From a virus (Duplodnaviria; Caudoviricetes): 58,139 nt of DNA. The first letter of the stretch is position 1; every line of letters starts with the position of its first letter. The translations under genes and the position numbers were made by a program. Location of the stretch: positions 1 to 58,139 of IMG/VR virus record IMGVR_UViG_3300039828_000001, one strand, 5' to 3'. The notes below the pieces were generated by a model. It was given only the letters and a program-made list of their open reading frames with translations, did not search any database and was not told where the DNA came from. Below, in pieces: positions 45,826 to 53,305 of the stretch.

Positions 45826-45908
45826 GATGGAGAGGGCCGCTGCGACGGCTCGGGTTACTTCTTTGGGATAAGACACCTGAGCCAATTTACTTCCCGGCCC
45901 TCTCCATC
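45826..45908 (+). ncRNA. Y RNA 4, minimal (no tRNA module)
   Basis: GATGGAGAGGGCCG/CGGCCCTCTCCATC stem, TGCG loop, GGCTCGGG/CCTGAGCC stem and TTACTTC; T-rich tail follows. Confidence 0.7.
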
Positions 45909-45927
45909 TTCTTTGTCCTTTAATGGC

Positions 45928-45941
45928 ATTACATACGTAAC
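45928..45941 (+). promoter_or_regulatory. operator core variant upstream of Ro60
   Basis: TTAC-ATAC-GTAA core. Confidence 0.45.
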
Positions 45942-45967
45942 ACCCACCTGAGCAGAAGGGATTGACC

Positions 45968-47539
45968 ATGGCACGGCTGAACCAGCGCTCGATCACGGGC
46001 GCACTTGCCGCCCGTACCCCGATCACCACGACCGGCGCGAGCGTCGCCACCGCTGAGGGTGGTGTCGGGCTCGCGCGCGATGCGAAGGCCGAGTTGTTCC
46101 TCTCGGCCGTGAGCGACTTCACGGAGAAGACGTTCTACGAGGGCGTCGGCCCCCGGCAGGAGCGCCAGCGCGCGCTGCTCGCGACCGTCGCGCTGACCGA
46201 CCCGGAGTGGGTGCTTGGCTTCGTCGGGTGGCTGCGCGGCACGGCGAACATGCGCACCGTCTCGATCACCGTCGCGGCCTCGGCCGTGAAGGTCAGGCTC
46301 GACGCGGGCAAGACCGGCCACAACCGTCAGATCGTCGCGGCGGCGTGCCTCCGGGCGGACGAGCCGGGCGAGTTCCTGGCGCACTGGCTCGCGACCTACG
46401 GGCGCAACGTGCCGATGCCCGTGAAGCGCGGTCTGGGCGACGCGGCGACGCGGACCTACACCGAGTCGGCGTGGCTGAAGTGGCGCGGGAAGGGCGCGAA
46501 GGGCTCGGTCGCGATGGCGGACGTGCTCAACCTCGCCCACCCGAAGCCGCGCGCCGAGTGGCAGGGGCCGCTGTTCAAGGCGATCCTGGACCACTCGAAG
46601 GGCCGCCCGGTCGCGCTCGACGGCGACGGGCTGCCCGTGGTCGCGGCGCGGGAGACGTTCCTCTCGCTCGACAAGACCGCCCAGGAGTACCTGCTCCGGG
46701 GCGACCGGGGCTTCGACGTGGTGAAGGACGCCGCGCTGACGCACGAGGTCGTCGCTGGAGCGCTCGGGAAGGTGCCGGGCAACATCTGGCCCGCCCTCGT
46801 GCCGAACATGGGCTACCAGGCGCTCCTGATGAACCTGCGCCGGATGGTCGAGGACGGCGCTCCGGACTGGCTGATCGCGTCGATCCAGGCTCGCCTCGCG
46901 TCGGCGGAGGAGGTTGCTCGGTCGCGGATGCTGCCGATGCGGATGCTCTCGGCCTACCGCAACGCGCCGGTCGCGTTCCACTCGGCGCTCGACCAGGCCG
47001 CTCAGCACTCGCTCGCGAACGTCCCGGCGCTTCCGGGCCGGACGCTGGTGCTGGTGGACTGCTCCGGCTCGATGGGCTACCCGATGTCCGAGCGGAGCAC
47101 GCTGACTCGGATGGACGCTGCGGCGCTGTTCGGTGCGGCGATCGCGCTGCGCGCGGAGGACGCGACGTTGGTCCGGTTCGGCACGACCTCGCAGGCGGTG
47201 CCGTTCCGGCCGCGTTCCGAGAGCGTGCTCCGCCTGGCCGACCGCCTCAGCGGAAACATGGGCGGCACCGCGACGGCCGGAGCGATTCGGGCGCACTACT
47301 CCGGCCACGATCGCGTGATCGTCCTCACGGACGAGCAGGCGGCGTTCTCGGGGAGCCGGGGCGTGTTCGTCAGCGTGCCGGAGAAGGTGCACTGCTTCAC
47401 CTGGAACCTCGCGGGGTACGTGGCAGCGCACGCCGAGGCGGGTCGCTACCGGCACGCCTTCGGCGGCCTGAACGACGCGGCCTTCGACCTGATCCGCCGG
47501 GTCGAGACGGGCTTCGCCACCTGGCCCTGGGAGGACTAG
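45968..47539 (+). CDS. rsr: Ro60/Rsr RNA-binding protein (TROVE + vWA)
   Basis: EGG.G..RDAK.ELF, TFYE, NMRT, RADEPGE, KRG, HPKP, ALLMNLR, vWA MIDAS LVDCSGSM, GGT, TDEQ and WNLAGY. Confidence 0.92.
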   Translation: MARLNQRSITGALAARTPITTTGASVATAEGGVGLARDAKAELFLSAVSDFTEKTFYEGVGPRQERQRALLATVALTDPEWVLGFVGWLRGTANMRTVSITVAASAVKVRLDAGKTGHNRQIVAAACLRADEPGEFLAHWLATYGRNVPMPVKRGLGDAATRTYTESAWLKWRGKGAKGSVAMADVLNLAHPKPRAEWQGPLFKAILDHSKGRPVALDGDGLPVVAARETFLSLDKTAQEYLLRGDRGFDVVKDAALTHEVVAGALGKVPGNIWPALVPNMGYQALLMNLRRMVEDGAPDWLIASIQARLASAEEVARSRMLPMRMLSAYRNAPVAFHSALDQAAQHSLANVPALPGRTLVLVDCSGSMGYPMSERSTLTRMDAAALFGAAIALRAEDATLVRFGTTSQAVPFRPRSESVLRLADRLSGNMGGTATAGAIRAHYSGHDRVIVLTDEQAAFSGSRGVFVSVPEKVHCFTWNLAGYVAAHAEAGRYRHAFGGLNDAAFDLIRRVETGFATWPWED

Positions 47540-47547
47540 CAGGACGG

Positions 47548-47584
47548 GAGACGGGTCGGGCCCTCGGGCTCGGCCCGTCTCTTT
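47548..47584 (+). terminator. hairpin terminator after Ro60
   Basis: GAGACGGGTCGGGCC...GGCTCGGCCCGTCTC-TTT. Confidence 0.7.
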
Positions 47585-47596
47585 CAGCCCTTCTGG

Positions 47597-47615
47597 TATG
47601 CTTACGCATGTCAGT
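47597..47615 (+). promoter_or_regulatory. promoter-operator variant upstream of the bldC-like gene
   Basis: TATGCTTACGCATGTCAGT. Confidence 0.7.
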
Positions 47616-47640
47616 ACGTAATCACCTGAAAGGTGGAGAA

Positions 47641-47856
47641 ATGGCCCAGATCACGCCGTTTTCCCCGGAAGACACCCTGCTCACCCCGGCCGAGGTCGCT
47701 ACGCGCTTTCGCGTGGACTCGAAGACGGTGACCCGGTGGGCGCAGGCCGGACGGCTCCGGTCCTTCAAGACCCTCGGCGGGCACCGTCGCTACAGCGCTG
47801 CCGAGGTGGCCGCGCTGCTCGCCTCGGGCGCAGAGACCGCCGAGGACGCCAAGTGA
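47641..47856 (+). CDS. bldC: BldC-family MerR-like HTH regulator
   Basis: LLTPAEVATRFRVDSKTVTRWAQAGRLRSFKTLGGHRRY..AEV.ALL closely matches Streptomyces BldC as recalled. Confidence 0.85.
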   Translation: MAQITPFSPEDTLLTPAEVATRFRVDSKTVTRWAQAGRLRSFKTLGGHRRYSAAEVAALLASGAETAEDAK

Positions 47857-47971
47857 CGGCCCGCTCCCACTCGCGCGAGCGGCAGCGCGAGAAGGCGCGC
47901 CGCGTGCGCGACCGCTGGCGCGTCGCCAAGAAGTACCGCCAGGAAATCAAGATCGATACCGGAAAGGTCAA

Positions 47972-48163
47972 GTGAGTCTCATGAACCAGGCGCAGATCGT
48001 CTGGCACCCGACGGGAGCCCGCCCGACGTACGCGGCCCGCGAGCGCAAGCGCTCCGCGCTAGCCCAGGCAGGCATCATCCTGCTCGCGGTCTACCTCATC
48101 GCGGCGGTCAGCGGCCTCGCCGTCGGCGCGCTGGTGCTCTCGGTGCTGGGAGGCGTGGCATGA
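47972..48163 (+). CDS. small membrane protein
   Basis: C-terminal TM helix. Confidence 0.55.
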   Translation: MSLMNQAQIVWHPTGARPTYAARERKRSALAQAGIILLAVYLIAAVSGLAVGALVLSVLGGVA

Positions 48164-48492
48164 CCGAGCCCAAGAAGCCCATCAACTTCCAGGGCCTGCC
48201 GTTCGACCTCGCCCTCAACGGCGTGGCGACGGTCACCGGCCTCATCACCGCGCTCAACGGCTCGCTGAGGCTCATCCTCGCGGGGTACCTGTACGAGCCG
48301 GACAAGACCGACGGGACGGTCCTCGCCACGTTCATGCTCGGCGCTGGGGTGGTCATGGCGGGCCTGGCCGCGTGGCGCTTCGGGCGCCTCGCCGGGACGG
48401 CGCTGTTCATGCTGCTCGCCGTGGCCGGTCATCTGGCAGGCTTCGGGCAGCACGACGACGACGACGACGACAAGGAGCACACCCACGGATGA
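48160..48492 (+). CDS. membrane protein
   Basis: Three hydrophobic segments; acidic tail. Confidence 0.6.
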   Translation: MTEPKKPINFQGLPFDLALNGVATVTGLITALNGSLRLILAGYLYEPDKTDGTVLATFMLGAGVVMAGLAAWRFGRLAGTALFMLLAVAGHLAGFGQHDDDDDDKEHTHG

Positions 48493-48857
48493 GCACCCTC
48501 TTCACCGCCTGGTGCGACACCTGCGAGGACGGTGGCCCAGAGGTGCAGCGCACGGCGGGCGGCTCCTCGCTGATCGACCCGGCCGCGTGGTCCGCGTGGC
48601 TGATCGAGCACGGGCATCACGACCTGTCGCTGGTCGTGGAGAACAGCCATCCGTTCGGGCTGCCGTGGATTCAGGTCAACCGGGGCGGAATCCAGTTCCA
48701 GGTCCGCGTGCAGGACGCAGTAGCCGCCGACGCGGCGTGGAGCGCCTATCGCAAGGAGTACGGCACCAGCGTCAGCAAGGAGGATCGTGTGGCCGAGCGT
48801 CAGGCGTTCCTGGCAGGCTGGGCCGCGAAGACTACCGACAAGGAGCACACCGACTGA
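48489..48857 (+). CDS. hypothetical protein
   Basis: AAGGAG RBS; CDTC...H motif. Confidence 0.6.
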   Translation: MSTLFTAWCDTCEDGGPEVQRTAGGSSLIDPAAWSAWLIEHGHHDLSLVVENSHPFGLPWIQVNRGGIQFQVRVQDAVAADAAWSAYRKEYGTSVSKEDRVAERQAFLAGWAAKTTDKEHTD

Positions 48858-49369
48858 TGCATGACGCAGCCTTCGAGGCCGTGCAGCGGTTCAGCCGCAC
48901 GGTCAACCTCTCCGGGGTCACGGGCCGCGCCCTCGACCTCGGCGGTCGGGACGTGAACGGGACGGTGCACAGCCTCTTCCCGAACGTCGACTGGACGGTC
49001 CTCGACCGGGTCGAGCACCCGTCGGTCGACATCGTGGCCGACGTGACGAAGTGGTGGCCCGAGCGCGAGACGTGGAGCCTGGTCGTCTCAACCGAGACGA
49101 TCGAGCACGTCGAGGAGTGGTGGAAGATCATCGAGGTCGCCTACCGCGCGCTGGTGCCGGGCGGCTACCTGATCGTCACTGGCGGCAGCACCGGGCGCGG
49201 CCCGCATTCGTGCACGGGCGTTGTTCCGGTGCCGGAGGGCGAGCACTACGGCAACGTTGCGCCGGGCGAACTGTGGGACTCGGCGGTGCTGCTCGGCTTC
49301 GAGCGGCCGTACGTTGAGTACAACCCGGACCCGCACTTCGACGTGTACATGCTGGCGAGGAAGCCGTGA
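48857..49369 (+). CDS. SAM-dependent methyltransferase
   Basis: ALDLGGRDVNG, VDIVAD and STETIEHV...LVPGGYLIVT. Confidence 0.8.
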   Translation: MHDAAFEAVQRFSRTVNLSGVTGRALDLGGRDVNGTVHSLFPNVDWTVLDRVEHPSVDIVADVTKWWPERETWSLVVSTETIEHVEEWWKIIEVAYRALVPGGYLIVTGGSTGRGPHSCTGVVPVPEGEHYGNVAPGELWDSAVLLGFERPYVEYNPDPHFDVYMLARKP

Positions 49370-49905
49370 AGGTCCACTTCGCGGCGGGCACGCACCCGTT
49401 CCCGGCCCCGTGGCGGAACGTGGACTTCGAGGGCTTCCAGCCCGGCATCACCGATCAGGCTGACCTGCTCGACGGCATCCCGGAGCACCTGACCGGCATC
49501 GAGGACGCCTACGTCGGACACTTCCTGGAGCACCTGTACCTGCACGAGGGCGTGACGTTCCTCGCCCGCGTGCTGGAGCGGATGGCCCCGGGAGGTCGGC
49601 TCACGATCGTCGGCCCGGACGTGAACAAGGCTCGGCAGTGGCACGGCGCCGGACAGATCACCCGGGAACTCCTCGAAGCGTGCGAGGCACACGGCGAGGT
49701 CGATCCGGATCAGCCGCACGCTCGCGGCGCGGTGCACCTGTGGGACTGCACGGCGCAGCAGGTCGTGGACCTCGCGAACGCTGCGGGCTGGACGCGCGCG
49801 CAGGAGTTCCCGATCCGGGAGATGCGCCGCGTCGTGCCGGGCGTTCCGGTCATCAGCGATGCGGGCTGGCAGTTCGCCGTCGTCGCGACGGCTCCAGACG
49901 CCTGA
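49366..49905 (+). CDS. SAM-dependent methyltransferase-like protein
   Basis: HFAAG...WRNVD...HFLEHL...PGGRL.IVGPD. Confidence 0.75.
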   Translation: MKVHFAAGTHPFPAPWRNVDFEGFQPGITDQADLLDGIPEHLTGIEDAYVGHFLEHLYLHEGVTFLARVLERMAPGGRLTIVGPDVNKARQWHGAGQITRELLEACEAHGEVDPDQPHARGAVHLWDCTAQQVVDLANAAGWTRAQEFPIREMRRVVPGVPVISDAGWQFAVVATAPDA

Positions 49906-49947
49906 CCAGGCACAACGCACACAGATCGGGCTACTCCGAACTCGGGG

Positions 49948-49991
49948 TAGCCCTTTCTGCACGGAGCGTGTATGCTTACGTATGTCAGCAC
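49948..49991 (+). promoter_or_regulatory. phage promoter-operator copy
   Basis: TAGCCC-N17-TATGCTTACGTATGTCAGCAC. Confidence 0.85.
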
Positions 49992-50027
49992 ACGCCGGAC
50001 GGTCCGGCCCGCTTCTGGAGGTTCACC

Positions 50028-50300
50028 ATGGCCCTGTTCACCGCGACCGCCGCCCGCGACACGTTCGCAGACACCCGCGAGGGCGCGCTGGCCCTGATCG
50101 AGTACGTGCTGGACGAGGCGTACCGGACGGCGCTGCTCGCCGTGATCGAGGACGGCGCCGCGCGGCTCGTGCCGGACCCCGAGGTGTCGGGTGTGTGGGG
50201 CGTGCTCGACGCTCGCGGCAAGGCGAAGGTCGTGCTCTACACGGCCGAGGCCGACTTCGAGGCCGATGAGGAGTGGTTGGACTTCGTGACGTACGCCTGA
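50028..50300 (+). CDS. acidic hypothetical protein
   Basis: GGAGG RBS. Confidence 0.65.
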   Translation: MALFTATAARDTFADTREGALALIEYVLDEAYRTALLAVIEDGAARLVPDPEVSGVWGVLDARGKAKVVLYTAEADFEADEEWLDFVTYA

Positions 50301-50313
50301 CCCACGCTCGACG

Positions 50314-50345
50314 GGGACCGGCCCGGCCGAGTCGGGCCGGTTCCC
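50314..50345 (+). terminator. hairpin
   Basis: GGGACCGGCCCGGC...GTCGGGCCGGTTCCC. Confidence 0.5.
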
Positions 50346-50384
50346 GTTGAAATTTCAAGTACGACGAGACGAGAGGAACGAGCC

Positions 50385-50777
50385 ATGAAGGCAAAGGACA
50401 TCACCGTCCCCGGTGAGTACGAGGTCAAGCACTGGTCCGGCGCGAAGCGCGCGACGATCGTGCTGGTCGAGAAGGTCAACAAGCGGGTCTACGGCAGCGC
50501 CCGACACGACTGGAACGGCCACCAGGCGACCGTCTGGCAGGCCGTGGACGACGAGGGCACCGCCTACCCGCTCTCCGCCGTCCTGCGGCCGTGGGCCGAG
50601 GCCGCGCCGGAGCACGCGGAGCGGGAGGAGTTCGAGGCCCGGAAGAAGGCCGTGGGCGAGCGCCTGACGGCAGCCAACCTGGGCTTCGTGGACACCTCGA
50701 AGGACGGCCTCTTCTCGGTGGTGCTGCGGATGACCGTCGCGGACGCCGAGGCGCTGGCTGCCCGGCTGGAGGGCTGA
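50385..50777 (+). CDS. hypothetical protein
   Basis: GAGGA RBS. Confidence 0.7.
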   Translation: MKAKDITVPGEYEVKHWSGAKRATIVLVEKVNKRVYGSARHDWNGHQATVWQAVDDEGTAYPLSAVLRPWAEAAPEHAEREEFEARKKAVGERLTAANLGFVDTSKDGLFSVVLRMTVADAEALAARLEG

Positions 50778-50780
50778 CCG

Positions 50781-50939
50781 ATGCCCCGCAACGAGGACGA
50801 CGCGCTGACCGAGGCGATCTGGTCCGAGGACCGGTGCACGGCGGGCGACGGCAAGTGCCCGTACGTCATCAAGAACCTCAAGGACTACGAGCGCCACCTG
50901 GAGCGCATCCACCCGGACGAGGGGAGCGCGAAGTCATGA
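50781..50939 (+). CDS. small C2H2-like protein
   Basis: C.....CP...YERHLERIHP. Confidence 0.5.
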   Translation: MPRNEDDALTEAIWSEDRCTAGDGKCPYVIKNLKDYERHLERIHPDEGSAKS

Positions 50940-51031
50940 GCGGCAAGCACACCGACGGCATCGGCGGGCTGGTCGTGCTGCTGGTGATCCTCGTGGCCGC
51001 GATCGCGTGGATGATCGGCGGCATCCCGTGA
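50936..51031 (+). CDS. small membrane peptide
   Basis: Single TM helix; ATGA overlap. Confidence 0.45.
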   Translation: MSGKHTDGIGGLVVLLVILVAAIAWMIGGIP

Positions 51032-51129
51032 CCGAGCCGAAGCGGTGCAAGCGCTGCCGCCGCCCGATCCTGAGCGGCGTGTGGTGCACGAAGTGCGCCG
51101 CGATCATCCTGAGCGCGCTCACCGCGTAG
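51028..51129 (+). CDS. small Zn-finger peptide
   Basis: CKRC...CTKC. Confidence 0.45.
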   Translation: MTEPKRCKRCRRPILSGVWCTKCAAIILSALTA

Positions 51130-51138
51130 TAGGCTCAA

Positions 51139-51340
51139 GAGCACGGCGACCTTCACCGGACGCCTTCGGGTTCTCGCGGTCTAACCGACAACACCAGACC
51201 GCGACAGAGGCAGTGTTCGTAGTTGCGGCTGCCTAGCCCACCGGGGACCGCTCCGGACCGCCAGACGTGGGGCACCTGGCAGGCGCAAGGCCCGGTTCGA
51301 CTCGGTATCCAACCCGAGGGGCCGGGCCTTCGTCGTGCTC
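51139..51340 (+). ncRNA. candidate ~200-nt structured RNA upstream of the terminase small subunit
   Basis: Closing stem GAGCACGGCGA/TCGTCGTGCTC, five internal hairpins, TAGGCT -10 at 51130. Confidence 0.5.
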
Positions 51341-51450
51341 GCGCCCGCCCTACTGACAAACGTCACCATGTACCTACGCGAGCGCCGACACGCCGTAGGA
51401 TGCGGAGCAGATCACAAGAATCGACCTCATGGATGGGAGGGGAGAGCCCG

Positions 51451-51855
51451 ATGGCGGACCCGAAGGACCTCTCGACGCAACTCCCGATCAACCGCCAGTG
51501 CACCGCTACGAGCAAGCAGAGCGGCGAGCGGTGCAGGCGGATGGTGCAGTTGGGCTACACGGTGTGCTTCATCCACGGGGCACGCTCGCGCGGCGCCCAG
51601 GAGAAGGCGAAGTTGCGGCTGATTGCGCTGGTCGAGCCCGCGCTCGCGACCGTGGCAACGATCATGGCGACCTCCGACAGCGACGCGCTGCGGCTGCGTG
51701 CGGCGGAGAACGTGCTCGACCGGGGCGGGTTGCCGCGCGGCGTGACGATCAGCGGCGACGACGCGCGGGCGCTGCTCGCGGAGAAGTTGCTCGCGTACCG
51801 AGACAAGGCCGGGCTACCCGAGCCTGACGACAACCAGGAGATGACTGATGAGTAG
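51451..51855 (+). CDS. terminase small subunit
   Basis: QCTATSKQSGERC...CFIHGA motif; RLRAAENVLDRGG; upstream of the large terminase. Confidence 0.7.
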   Translation: MADPKDLSTQLPINRQCTATSKQSGERCRRMVQLGYTVCFIHGARSRGAQEKAKLRLIALVEPALATVATIMATSDSDALRLRAAENVLDRGGLPRGVTISGDDARALLAEKLLAYRDKAGLPEPDDNQEMTDE

Positions 51856-52117
51856 GACGCTGGGCCCGGAAGAGATCGAGCACCGCTTCGGCTTCCACAA
51901 GGCCACGATCGAGGGCGCGAACGCGACGCTGCCCAAGCACCGCGACACGCGTCTGCTGTTCCGCGAGTTAGCGGAGCGGCTGGACGAGATGCTGCCGCCC
52001 GGCCGGGCGAAGTCGGTGATGTTTACCGACCTGGAGAACGCGAGCATGTGGGCGCACAAGGCCATCGCGGAGACCGCGCCCGTCATCACCGAGGAGACCG
52101 CGAACGTGTCCGGATAG
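51848..52117 (+). CDS. Acb2/Tad1-like hairpin protein (candidate immune-signal sponge)
   Basis: RFGFH...PPGRAKSVMFTDLENASMWAHKAIA resembles the family motif PxxRExSLAxTxLEEAxMWANxAIA. Confidence 0.6.
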   Translation: MSRTLGPEEIEHRFGFHKATIEGANATLPKHRDTRLLFRELAERLDEMLPPGRAKSVMFTDLENASMWAHKAIAETAPVITEETANVSG

Positions 52118-52133
52118 GGTTTAGGGTTAGGGC

Positions 52134-52601
52134 ATGAGCCTTGTCAGAGACCCGAAGTTCCTCGACCTGTTCGCCCGAGCCTCCGAAGGGCGGTACCTCG
52201 ATGAGTGCTGGCCCTGGCCCGGCGGCCGCTCGAAGGGCGGCTACGGGATTATCTGGCTGGAGGGCAAGCAGCACCGCGTCTCTCGGCTTGTGCTCGGGCT
52301 CGTGGGCGAGGCTGACCAGGCGCTCCATGTGTGCGACAACCCGCCCTGCGTCAACCCGGCGCACTTGCAGCGCGGGACGATCCGCGAGAACCAGTACGAC
52401 AAGGGGCGCAAGGGTCGCGCGGCCCGAGGCGAGGAGAACCGGGGAGGTGGGAAACTCACGGCGAGCGACGTGAGAGCGATTCGCGAACGGCTGGCCTCGG
52501 AGGAGAAGCCGACGTTCGCTCAGGTGGGCCGGGAGTTCGGGGTATCTGGTGTCCTCGTCTCCAAGATCTGGAACGGCATCCTTTGGAGGAGCGTGCAATG
52601 A
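52134..52601 (+). CDS. HNH endonuclease with C-terminal HTH
   Basis: CWPW.G...GYG...HVCDNPPCVNPAHL..GT..EN..D. Confidence 0.9.
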   Translation: MSLVRDPKFLDLFARASEGRYLDECWPWPGGRSKGGYGIIWLEGKQHRVSRLVLGLVGEADQALHVCDNPPCVNPAHLQRGTIRENQYDKGRKGRAARGEENRGGGKLTASDVRAIRERLASEEKPTFAQVGREFGVSGVLVSKIWNGILWRSVQ

Positions 52602-53305
52602 GCAGGGCTATCGAGTTCGTCCCGCTGGATGACCTGGTGTTCGATCCTAGGAATCCGAAAAACCATGACGTAGGGCTCATCGACGCCTCTATCGGGCGCT
52701 TCGGCGTGATCGATCCCGTGGTGCGTGATGAGCGCACCGGGTACCTCATCAGCGGTCACGGTAGGACTGAGACGCTGCGTGCCATGCACGCGCGCGGCGA
52801 GAGTGCCCCGGAAGGCGTGCAGGTGGCCGAGAGCGGCGGCTGGCTTATTCCTGTAGCCGTGGGCTGGGCCTCCCGCACGGACACGGAGGCGATGGCTGCT
52901 CTCGTCGCGCTTAACCGTACGACCGAGGCTGGTGGCTGGGAGGAGACCGCGCTGCTCGACCTGCTGGAGCAGGTGACGGCTGCGGGCGGCGATGACGCCC
53001 TGCTCGGTGTCGGCTACGACGAGGCAGCGATCGAGGGCTTGCGGCAATACCTGAACGGGCTCGATGAGGTCGAGGGCTTCCTCGGCGCGGCCGACCCGGA
53101 GGCGCTGGCTGCGGCTCACGCCGAGCGTGAAGCGGGCGAGGCTGAGGGGGACGGCGGGCGTGCGGCGGACGACGCACTCAGCGTGCAGCCGGACGCTCGT
53201 GTGCTCCATGTCCAGGTCCCGGCTGACCTCTACCAGGAGGCGTACGCCGCGCTGTCCGAGATGCCGTGGGTGCTCGACGTGCGCGACGCGAAGGTGCAGA
53301 TGTGA
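52598..53305 (+). CDS. ParB/Srx-like N-terminal domain protein
   Basis: PRNPKNH...SIGRFG..DP...LISGHGR. Confidence 0.8.
   Translation: MSRAIEFVPLDDLVFDPRNPKNHDVGLIDASIGRFGVIDPVVRDERTGYLISGHGRTETLRAMHARGESAPEGVQVAESGGWLIPVAVGWASRTDTEAMAALVALNRTTEAGGWEETALLDLLEQVTAAGGDDALLGVGYDEAAIEGLRQYLNGLDEVEGFLGAADPEALAAAHAEREAGEAEGDGGRAADDALSVQPDARVLHVQVPADLYQEAYAALSEMPWVLDVRDAKVQM

Noticed and set aside
47641-47856. Excisionase implying a temperate lifestyle
   Set aside because: The sequence matches BldC better, and no integrase, attP or CI-like repressor is seen.
51139-51340. Canonical tmRNA (ssrA)
   Set aside because: Tag-like codons are present, but no GGGG 5' acceptor strand, G3:U pair or T arm-NCCA end could be found. 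Kept only as an unknown structured RNA.
52115-52132. Telomere-like TTAGGG repeats
   Set aside because: Only three degenerate units, explained by a stop codon plus a TAGGGT -10 box before a leaderless ATG.
52598-53305. Plasmid-prophage partitioning system
   Set aside because: There is no ParA or parS array. This ParB-N type sits with the terminase and modification genes.
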